A stretch of DNA of 64,000 nt. Source: Bispira polyomma. Its lineage: Eukaryota. The notes beneath the pieces are model-generated. The model saw only the letters and a program-made list of their open reading frames with translations, searched no databases and was not told where the DNA came from. The number at the start of each line of letters is the position of its first letter. Within the stretch, counting starts at the first letter, position 1. A program made the position numbers and the translations under genes. Where the stretch lies: positions 41,788,001 through 41,852,000 of the forward strand of contig OZ287756.1 of assembly GCA_965649765.1 (NCBI GenBank), given 5' to 3'. Positions 53,134-64,000 of the stretch are shown here, piece by piece.

Positions 53134-53443
53134 CTACAAAAACCTATAAGGGTCACACAAGTAAAGTAAAAAAAAATTCATAAGTCGTAATTACGACTTA
53201 CGCTATGTCGTAATAACGACTTACTATGTCGTAATTACAACTTACTATGTCGTAATTACGACTTATTCTATGGTGTAATTACTACTTATTCTATGTCGTA
53301 ATTACGACTTATTCTATGTCGTAATTACAACTTATTCTATGTCGTAATTACGACAAAGTAAGTTGTTATTATGACATAGAATAAGTCATAATTACGTCTT
53401 ATGATTTTTTCAAAACGTATATGACCCTTGTAGGCCTCCGTAG
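53134..53443. mobile_element. MITE with ~22-bp TIRs and an internal array of palindromic GTCGTAATTACGAC units
   Basis: CTACAAAAACCTATAAGGGTCA ... TGACCCTTGTAGGCCTCCGTAG; about 9 units of 21-25 bp. Confidence 0.8.
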
Positions 53444-53487
53444 TTTTCATTAATTTTCAGTGAATATATGGTCTAACTAACAGCTAA

Positions 53488-54325
53488 CAACAGGGTCTGA
53501 GTTGTTCAATTTCGGGAGTTTTATGAACAACATCAACCAACACTAAAGTAAATAAGGCTTCCATTCACACAACACTTTGCGGACTAAGCCTTAAACTAGA
53601 TGTAACAAAATCAATACTCTAACAAGTGCTTCGATTTACAGGCCTTAGGTGTGCTAGGTTTTGTGAGATCTGGGCCCTGCAAATCGAACTAACCAACTAA
53701 CGAATATGTGGGAAAATGGAAGCTATTGGTTTTTTGTTTGTTGATCCCAAGCGAAGGTTTGAATGATGTGGTTGTATGCCATCATATGATGTGGTTTTTG
53801 TATAAATGTATAAGTTATGCTCCATTTAACAAACACCAAAATTTTATATGTCTTAGATACAGTTATTGATCCATCTAGTGTAACAAGAACTTATGTGTAT
53901 CATATATTTGGAACTTTGAAATATACGTAAAACACAATGTAGTCATCCACATCTCCCAACAAATCCTATCACAGATATTATGACAAATATGTACGAGTGC
54001 ATTGTCAAATAAACTGGCCATTTATATTTATTTTTAAGGGCTATATTGGATATAGAAGCGAAAATTATTGCATAATTACCATTTCCTTGCCTTTTGGAAG
54101 TTTTTAACTGTTGTTTTCATTGATTTATTGTTAAACCTATAATTCAACTAATACTTAGCGACAGGGTCTGAGTTGTCATTCAATTTCTGGGGTTTTACGA
54201 ACAAAGTTAACCAACAGTAAACTAACTGAGGATTCCATTTACACAACATTTTGCGAAGTTAGCCTTAACCAAGACCCAACGAATACGTTTATCTAACGAG
54301 GGCTTCGATTGACAGGCCCCTAGTA
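53488..54325. repeat. Two diverged ~170-bp direct copies (53488-53650 and 54160-54323) of a small repeat
   Basis: Shared ACAGGGTCTGAGTTGT...CCATT(C/T)ACACAACA...GCTTCGATT.ACAGGCC. Confidence 0.7.
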
Positions 54326-57300
54326 CATTTACTGTAAAAGTTAAAATGTTAGCTCTACTGAATTTACACAACATTACCATTTTAGGACTTTTCCTGGAAT
54401 TAATTTTCACTCTTCACCTAGTTTATCAACAGAAAGAGCAAAAATTCACACCAAATATATCAATATTTTGGAGTAGTTGACAGACAGTTTCTAATACCTG
54501 CTTTAAAAAAAAACACAGGGATTAATTGGGAACTGTTATACACGCACATATATATGTATATATATAGACTTTTTTTTGGCAAAACTTGATATGCACAGAA
54601 TGTTATTTTCAAATTCGTTATATATTATACAGATTACTAATGGAGTATTAGTTTTTACGTTTACAGACACCAAATGTCTAACAATTGCTTTAGTTGTGTC
54701 ATATTTACCTTGAAATTTTATTTATGACATGTTTAATAAACCAAAAATTAAATCTTAACAATCAAAAGTAGAGGGCTATGATGCAGAAAGCTTCATTTTG
54801 TACTGGATTTTTGAAATTTGAACTTTTATATGTAACACAAATTTAACACAATTCTTGCCATTATGTAAACATAATGGTGTACCAGGGACTTTGGGCAAGG
54901 TGTTTTTCTGTTAAAAAAAACCCAAGTAAAACAACATTCTTGAATATAAATTGAAATTAAAATTCAGAATGATTCTTTAAATATTTACTTTATTAAATGG
55001 TAGAAAAACCCCACCACTACATTATTTTCTAATACTACATTATTAGAAAATAATGTTGTGCAAGTTCAATGGCAATGCATACCCCTTGGGTTTTATGTAC
55101 AAATCAATTGTATCAAAAGATTAGGTTTTACAGTTTACTCTTAAGGGAGTTTGGACTTCTGTATATTCACAACTGAACACTTTATGTGTGAGTATTTGTG
55201 GACTTTAATGTCAGGTTTGTTTTACTGTTGAAGTAGGATGTTTATAATTTGTATACTGATTGATATAACCTTGATATAACCTTGAAAAGTTTTGGAATTG
55301 ATAAGTTCCTCCCCTCCACAAAAAAAAAACTCACAAATGTGCATTTGTCCCTGAAAGTTTTGAACACTTTTGTGAAGGCGCAAATATAATGCTCACCGGT
55401 ATCAATGAAGAGCTCCAAACTGCTGCTAATGTAGATGAATCTGAAACAAAATTTAAATGTGCTGTCACTGACTGATCGTGGTACGTTCGTGACAGCCATC
55501 CGTACAAATGAGACCTAAGTGTTATATATTACTGTAGGATGTTGTAAACTGTTACCACACATGTCCTAAAAAGTAAGATGTATGTGTAATATTAAAAGGG
55601 CTATCAACAAAAACACAAAACACATATACTACATTTACTAAGTCTAATTTCAGCACATATACCCTGTACAGCGGCCATAAAATGGTTCTCTTGTAACAAT
55701 TTTAACCATTTGTACTTGCACAAAGCATTGAAAACTTCAATATTTCAGTGCAAAATGATTAAAACAGTGGTATTATGAATCTGGTATTGTGATATCACAC
55801 AATTTGAAATGAGTGTCAGAACAGCATATTTGTAAACAATTCTTAGGAGAATCCTTTCTATTGTGACAAAATATGAGTATTGATCCAAACCACTGTACTG
55901 GTACTGGTACTTTTGTTGCCAAACTTTCCCCAAGTATATGAAATCAAGACAAGTACTGTGAATCGCATTTAGTTTGTCTTTGTCTATACTGAGGGTTTCT
56001 TCGTCAATATCAATAACAATGCCCATACATGTAACTCGTTTGCTGGAAGGTATTACTTTACTGTGGTTAATAGGAAGACCTAAGTCTGTCAGTATTTGCT
56101 GTAATGTTTTAAAAGCTAAGGTATTTTTATGTTCTATCAGTATGAAGTTGTCAATGTAGTTCATAACTGTGTAACCTTTTTGTTTCATTATGAAAGTGAT
56201 ACAGTCAGAGGTCATCATAAAAGCAGCAGTCCTGTGAGTAAGACCAATAGTAAAACTTTAATCAAGAAAGCATTGGTTTTTTCAGATATAAACCAGTTTT
56301 AAACAGTCATAAGGGTCTATTCTGACATTACAAAACGTGTGAGCTACGTCCAATTTTGCTAAGGTTGCCTTAGGTCTTATGTCCATAATCTGAGAAGTCA
56401 TTTGGTCAATGGTGGGTAATTTTAAGGGTAAAGTTTATTGTGTCGTACGCTGTTTTAACAGTGCAGTCATTTAGAGAGTTCTCTGCTGGGTGAGATAGAT
56501 TCAGTATAAGATGGCGCTTGTCAATGTTTTTAGGCACAGTCAAAAGTGGAGAACAATGTATGTCGGGGTGAAGGTCAGAACTGGCTGGGCCACTAAAGTG
56601 CCTCGTTCGAGTTCTGTGACAAAATATTTGTCAATAGCTTCTGGAAAAGTTCTAGCTGAGTATTGGTTTTTAACATTTTGAACTGTTAGTCTATTTCTAA
56701 CATAAAGTATAAATGGGAAAGCCAAATTGAATGTATTGTAATATGATATTTTTTTTTAATATTTTTATATCTTGTAATATGTTCCCCTTTTTAACAAGTA
56801 TTTTGCAGGCAAGTACAGGAAAAAGGATCAAAAAGCTACACTGACCTGTTACAATTAACATATAGTTTACTATCACATAGTATATTTATAATAAAAAGTA
56901 ACCATATTTATCACTACTTGTCAATGTATAAAAAAACCTCAAAAAAACACCTTAATACTATAATTATTCCATTAATATTATCCAGCTATCCCATATTTTA
57001 TTGAAATGAGCAAAATTTGATTTTACGTTTGATGGTCATTTCAACTTGGAGACTCCACTCTGTGGCCCAGGCTTCAAATCATGCTAGCTGTTGAGACACC
57101 TCATTTCGGATGAGCGATGACTGTTTTAAAACGTTGGGTTGTTTCGTGGTCATACTTGTCATGCAAACTAGTTGGTTGGCGGAGTTTCCTCTATTGGTAT
57201 CATAAAGCCCTAGTGGAGTGGGAACTATGGGGTGCGTTATAAGTAGAAACACAAGCAGTCTGTGTCTTTTCGGATTTTAAATGCAACACATCTTCTTGTA

Positions 57301-60300
57301 GTTTAGAAACTGCTGTTAATAACGTTTCCATCATAGTTTGCTAAATTGAGTATGCATCACGGTAAAATTTATCATTACTCACTTGCTCACTTCTCCCAGA
57401 AACACTGCTACAGTCGTCACTGTCTAAAATGGTTTGGTTATGAAAGCTATTCCCTGTGTCTACAGTACGTTTGCATCTATTTTTGACTGGTCTTGTGTGA
57501 AAGATTTCACATCTGAAACTTTTCTTTTTTCTCTACCCATTTTAAAGAAGTATCCACACAAAATAGCACAAAAGATGTACAGTATCGGCCTCTGTTTGAA
57601 AAGTATCTTTGTAGAATAATAAACACTTAAAAAAGCAATTTGATTTTTAAGAATATTTTATAAAAAATTCTAATATGTCCGCTGATTTCCTAAGATTTTT
57701 GTTGTTGGTCTTTTTGTTGTTGGTAGCTTGACTTCTGACTTATAAGTGAGCTTATAATGAAAAGGGCGCAAAAACGCCAAGAAGTGTAAGAAGGTGATTG
57801 GGTGCTGATACACTGATGCAGCACTGGGGTTGGAGTAGCTGTGATAAACAAATAATTTGAAATAGACGGTACTGTAATGTATAACATTTTCGAGGCTAAG
57901 TAGCCATGCTACTTTGTGGCAGTCATGAAGAATGGTTTAAGTAATTTTAAGGTCAAACTTTATAATTCAATTACTTCAAGAACAATTCTAAGTTAAACTC
58001 AACTTGAGTTTTCTTAACCCCTGAAAAGCCTTTAGCTTGGAGGTGACCTTAACATGAAGTTAAGGATATCGTGATTTGTTTTACCCTAATTTTGAAAACA
58101 ATGGATTAATTAAGTAAGTTAACCTTAAGATGAAGTTAAGGTTATTATAATTTGTTTTATCCCAATTTTTGAAACAATAGATTAATTAAGAATGACCTTA
58201 GAGTATAAGTTAAGGTCACCCTAAAGTAAGTACAATGTAACAATTGTGTTTAAGGTTCAAAGTGAAGTGATATTTACTTTGTATACTTAAGTATGAAGTC
58301 AGAATAAGGGGTTACATGAGTACCTTATGCAAATTGTGTGAAAAGTATAACTATAGATGTAAATTTATTCAGCATACTAGAATGATAACGTTAGGGGCTG
58401 TAGTAAAAATGTCCAAATGGTGTTGCGATTTAGAAGATGCCTAGCATTAATAAGTCACTTAAAAAATGCATAATAATAATATCTTTCCCTCCAATATTCT
58501 GTCGATCATTCTTCAGCCAATCATGCATTTTTTCACCTGTCACATTTTCTCTTCTCCGCTCCATTTTGGAATTGGAAATTGAAAAGCAAACACTAGAGAC
58601 AAATATTCATGAAGCCACCACCTCCTATAATCTCAGCTAATAAGTAGGTCTCTGTATATCCATGTCATTCTTTCTTTTGTGGTTTTGTATAACCATTCAG
58701 TTTACTGTTTCCTATAGATCCTGCACGTATGTATTCTTAATTTATGCAGTAAACTATCTGATTAGGGATTCATGGCTGCCCACACAATTTGCTGGTGGCC
58801 CCTACCGGACTTACCTATGCATGCTAAGGCATAATTCTTAATAGTGTGTCTCCTTTTTTCCTTGTCTTCTGTCCATTAGCAACATGCATGTTATGAGGAA
58901 ATATTTCAGGGTCAAAAATGCCAATGTAGCTGTGTGTTGTCAAATACGGCAGAGTTAATATCATATATGGTCAGAAATATAGGCTGCATACAGTCTTTCT
59001 TACCATTTTGTTGTAAAATATACCATAATGTTCCTTATTTAGATGCCAACGAGTACAGGCTAGTCCTATATCCCAAAATCATCCGCAGAAGGACCCACTG
59101 GGCGATACGTTGAAATTGGGGAGAAACCAGGGGTGGGCGATTATGTGAGCATTGACCATTATGAAGTAGGATGCTAGCAAACAAGGTCAACAAATTACAT
59201 CATACCAAAAACTAGATGGTTTGTTTACGTTATAAACACTGGACTAAAACAATATAATATGGATGTATTAAACAAGGGAAAGTAGTTTTTATGTAGTAAT
59301 TATTATATATATCACCTATGGTATGTGTTTTTATGTGTAAAATTAGGTATTTTGCTGCTTTTTGGCACATTTTAGGGTGGGCGACTGTTGGTATGTTATG
59401 TTCAACAGCCCATGACTTTTTGGAGTTAGACCTTTGTTTTACATTTCTTTTACTCTAATCTACACAATTGTGTAGGGTGCTAAAAATTTGAAACACCTTT
59501 AAGATGTTTAAAATGCTAATTATTTTTAATTATCTAATGTCACATAATTATTACATTTTCAGTGGTTGATATAGGCCGGGTGATACAGTTCATTCGCCTG
59601 TATTATGTATACATAAAAGATTTCATTTGTTTTGATGCATTTATCTACCTTATATCTTTCCTAAATTAATGAAATTTATAAAATATCAACATTTTTACAC
59701 AACTAAACAACAATTTTTAGTACTTTTTAAATATGTGTTTTAAGTCAATTCTTTAAGGTACCAATTCTACTAATTCCTGACTTTCAGATTTGCATTGTGA
59801 CCTCATAATGGAAGGTTGTGAAATGTAAACAAAGACTATATAGAGTTTGGGTTATTATTATTGTTAGTTAAATTTATAAAGCGCCTTATTATAGTTACTT
59901 AAATAGCTTAACAAATAAAATCATTTAAATCAATAAAAACATTACAATAACAGATGGAAATGATACTATATGAAATGATTAACAAGATACATATGTAAAA
60001 AAGAGATTGTATCAAATAAAACTGCAGCCTAAAAAGTAGTTACACACATCGAGATAAAAGTCATAAAATAAACTGAAAGAAACACAAAATATTGAATAGA
60101 ATAATTCACAAGTTCTAAACAGTATTAAAAAGATATGTCTTTAATCTGATCTAATTTAATCTAAGTTTTATAGCTTATCTCTGTGCTGTCAGATTCTAAG
60201 GGGCATGAGACAGAAAATTATTTGACAATTTTATATAGCCTTTGGATGTACATAAGTTATGACCATTGAGAGCCTGAAGAAGGTAAGGTGACTGAGGTAG

Positions 60301-61599
60301 AGAATCCTTGTTGAATAGGTAGGTTTTAAGCTTTTTCCTAAAACAGGCAAGTGAGGAGGCAGTGCGAATATCATGAGGCAGATCATTCCAAAGCTTAGAA
60401 GCATTATATGAGAAACTATTGTTTAAATGTATTTTTGACTTGTGAACTGATCCCACAAAGGTAGAGAAAAGGTAAGAAGGTTTTTGAAATCATGACAAGG
60501 TATGGCTGATGTAATATTTGCAGGTAATTTGTTCTACTCTCTTAGTATGGCTAATTTAAATTATTGTGTAGATGTGCTGGATCTTAATAGATGTTCCTGA
60601 AGTTTGTTATCTGTGCTTGATCTTAAAATTCGATTTGGCTGACATGAGTGCAACAGTTCTGACAGGACTGATCTCTGTGGTACTCCAAAAAATAAGTTAA
60701 TTTTGTCCAATGTTGTACCATTGATTAGAACAGTCTGTCGATTAGAATCTGATGACCAATTGTGTCAAAAGCAGCAGTTGAAATTTATTTATTAATGTCA
60801 CTGTGCAAACGCAGTAGGGCAGTTTCTGTTGAGTGACATTTATGGTAGGCCCGTTGAGTTTTCTGCCATAAACTGTCATGCTGGAGATGATATTTTAGTC
60901 CAAGAGCAACAACTATGTTTTTCGTACTATACATTGGTTTTACAATTGTAATTAAGGCTCGTTAAAATATTTTAATACAACATGATGAAATATTTATACA
61001 ATGTGCGGTATATCTAAACGAAATCTGAAATAAAGTATGACATTACGCTCATGAGGCATGTTATTTGCAAAACATATTGACTTTTGTGGTTGATATCTGT
61101 ACTGTAGTCCATTAGCTAAACAGCTTAACGTTGGTATTTTTTGTTACTGCACACAAGGATTGGGGTGTCATTGGTCTGAGATATGTTGCATCTGTATTTA
61201 CTTATCATTATCTGTCATTAACATTTAAATTTCAATTCTAATTGATAATAGTAGCTAAAAGTGATTTAAAGCAAGTCATATATGGATGACTACATACTAG
61301 ATAATAAAGCTGCAAAAAACTGGTGGTTTCAGGAAAGTAATATATAGATAGAATAGCAGTTTATAATAATCTATTACTCATGGTACAATGCCAAAATCTT
61401 AATCTTCACTCATTCTAAAGAATGATTAATATACAAGTGTAGTCATAAAAACAATAAAAATAACTATTTATTTAAAACAATGAAGAAGTTTTTCATGTAG
61501 TTATTTTATTTTTGCTCTAACAATCGCAAGTTCCATTACATATTTCACATGTTTGTAACTATCAGACTGCAAGTCTCATTCTCACATTTAGAAAGGTGA

Positions 61600-61730
61600 A
61601 GTAGTTGTCGTTACAGGTGTAGTAGTAGTTGTCGTTACAGGTGTAGTAGTAGTTGTCTTTTCAGGTGTAGTAGTAGTTGTCTGTGCAGGTGTAGAAGTAG
61701 TTGTCTCTTCAGGTGTAGTAGTAGTTGTCT
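61600..61730. repeat. 24-bp tandem repeat CAGGTGTAGTAGTAGTTGTCNNNN, ~5 copies (2-3 copies in the paralog at 20652-20710)
   Basis: Read directly from the sequence. Confidence 0.9.
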
Positions 61731-62116
61731 CACCTAAACAAATACAGCATTGAGTCAGTAAAGCATGACTGTGGCAACCAAAACTACTCTTATTTTGTTA
61801 CATTTGTGGTTGTAACGTTTTTTGGGATTACTACATTTGTTGTCGGACATTGCTTCATTTGTGGTTGTAGTTACATTTGTAGTTTTTGTTACATTTATGG
61901 TTGCCACACACGACTCCCGCTTTCATGAGTTAAAAGCTGGAGTTGCCCGAGTAACACAGAGTTATAACTTTTGGTTGACTGGAAACTCGGCCCAAAAATG
62001 GATAACTATAATGCAGTATCAGAGTAACTTACGACCAGGCAAAGAGTAAGAACGAGGACCAAAGAGTTGCCAAAATGTATACCAAGTTGCAAGGAGTTAT
62101 ACAAAGATTACACCAG

Positions 62117-62468
62117 GGGCCGTATTTACAAAGATTCTTATTGTTAGCATTAGTTATTCTTAAAAATATTTTACAATTTTTCTTAGATTAGGAAATTTTT
62201 AAGAAAAATTATAAGAATAACACTTTAAAATTTGTTTTATTCCAATTCTTCGACTTTTTTAATGAAAAAAAAAAATTAAATAAGGCTAAAATCTAAGAAT
62301 AGAACAAAAATGGCCAACTTTGTGGGTAGTAATTCTGCACAAAAATTCAAGATTAAGAAAGCAACAAATGTTGAAAAAAAATATTCCTAGAATTTTTCTG
62401 AGAAAATTCGTGGATTAAAAAAAGAATAAGAGTAATTCTAAGAATAAGAATCTTTGTAAATACGGCCC
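62117..62468. mobile_element. MITE with GGGCCGTATTTACAAAGATTCTTATT TIRs (PIF/Harbinger-like)
   Basis: 26-bp perfect terminal inverted repeat. Confidence 0.8.
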
Positions 62469-63395
62469 AGGAGTAACCAAGAATGAATCTTAGTCTAGTA
62501 GTTAGTTATGTGAAGCTCTTACAGACTTCTCAAGAGTTAACATCACTTTTTAGCTCTTGTTATCTCTGGTTTAAGTCTGGACAAGCATATTGCTAGCCTA
62601 TGGATTTAATTGGGAGAACTCATGAGAAGCTCGTGACAGCTCAGTAATAAATCTACATGTCCATTGATTGGCTTTTGTCAAATTATGCATGACTCTTGAC
62701 AGGTATTTGATAAATTCTCCATAACTCAGCTTGGTTCTCAGACTGCAAAGACCTGCAGTAGTTGTCCTGATTTATTAGGTTTTATAAGGACTTGTCCAAT
62801 AGCTATATCCAGCTTCCTCAGTTGATCCAGAGTTATCATGACTCCTCAACTTAGGCAAAAATTTTGAACATAGCAATAATAATATTTCTTATAGTAATAC
62901 TACCTTTTTGCCAGTGAAAAATAAAGTAATACTTTAAAGCTGAAAAATCTGTCCATAGAGATGTCTGTTTAATCTAAGAAGGTAACAACTATTAACCTGT
63001 TTTGAGGGTAACATTCAGTTTTGTCAAATAGAGACAAGGGCATTTTATTCTGCCAATTATCATTATTGTATTGTCAGGAGTAGAACCAGGCACCACCTGG
63101 TAACTAGATCAACTCCATAACCACTAGGACATAGGATACAATACAGCTATGGTTAAATTACAAAGGACATGTAAACCTAAAAGAATTAATAAAAACATTG
63201 TACTTTAATGCTTTAAAAAATACCACATGTAATAAAATATACCTATTGTAAACAAGAGGAAGTGACCTTCCGGTCACAAATCTCGAAGACATGTATCGAC
63301 ATGTGTCAAGGTGTGTACCTTAAAGTAAACTAATATTATCTGTCTATCTGTCATTGTATAAGTTACAACAACAAAAATAATCTGTCTACTTGTCA

Positions 63396-64000
63396 CAGTC
63401 CAATGGTAGTGTGAAAAGTTATAAGTTAATAAGTAAGTTTATTATAAGACAGTAAAAGATTGCATTTGAGGTTTTTATTTACATGTTAGCTTATGTACAG
63501 GTTGACAATCAAAGTCAGTTAAAATTTCAGGATGGAATTTTAAGCCCCATCACGGCTACCATAAAATACAGCCGGGTCAAAAATAAAAACCCATAACAAA
63601 GCTAATAATAAGCTAAGAGACAATCACAAATATAAAGAATAGTGTAAACCCCTCAGTCACACCAGACTTTGGATTAGAACCAATAAAATAACCTCAAAAG
63701 AGGAAAATACATTTAAATACATTGATTACTATAAACATGACTATCATTAACATCACCTTCAACTAGTTCATTGTGTGAATAATGTACTGTAATATACAAC
63801 AAAGTTACTTTTGGTGACTAAGATACTAAGAACAATTTCAGGGGATAAACTTTCCTGTTTACTGTAAATTCTGACATGTATTTGTGATACATGGATACTA
63901 ATTGACGCTAGGTGATCGTGTACAAAAAAGGTGCCCTTGTGGGGACCACACGTGTACCCAAGTTATCGTCATTGTGTCTAAATTGGTACGTTGTGTTACT
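63396..64000 (-). mobile_element. 3' end (B2 plus spacer) of another copy of the element 1 family, 'element 5'; continues beyond the window
   Basis: Closely matches 3934-4535; the empty site CTTGTCAAACT is present in the paralog at ~22403-22413. Confidence 0.92.

Larger units (their letters stand above)
55920..63395 (+). repeat. Segmental duplicate of ~650-22410 (includes a second copy of element 0 at 55920-57930)
   Basis: Long colinear matches, e.g. 724-1290 with 56435-57025 and 15613-22409 with 57023-63395; duplicated short ORFs (17105/58437, 20706/61725). Confidence 0.95.

Noticed and set aside
53180-53402. Palindromic repeats resembling a CRISPR array
   Set aside because: There are no unique spacers, and the array is enclosed by MITE TIRs.

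Overview
AT-rich animal genomic DNA, probably lophotrochozoan or mollusc-like (judged from SINE/MITE repeat types only). It is not prokaryotic, so most short ORFs in the track are noise or fragments of decayed elements. Most of the window is deeply nested transposons. There are five or six tyrosine-recombinase (YR) retrotransposons with split direct repeats (Ngaro/PAT-type, A1-gag-RT/RNaseH-YR-B1-A2-B2), two L1/Tx1 LINEs, L2 LINEs, two RTE-X/Proto2-like LINEs, tRNA-derived SINEs and MITEs. Positions ~650-22410 are duplicated, with indels, at ~55920-63395. A short island of host DNA (~24.9-29 kb) holds a three-exon gene that the ORF track misses. It encodes a 64-aa secreted Cys-rich peptide, and a frameshifted paralogous exon lies nearby on the opposite strand. 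The strongest unexplained signals are (1) conserved in-frame phase-1 splice sites in four diverged YR elements, which predict a spliced Gag-N-terminus/recombinase fusion; (2) the peptide gene; (3) a conserved structured RNA in the A2-B2 spacer of the YR elements; and (4) a shared TG-A(C/G)A integration site.
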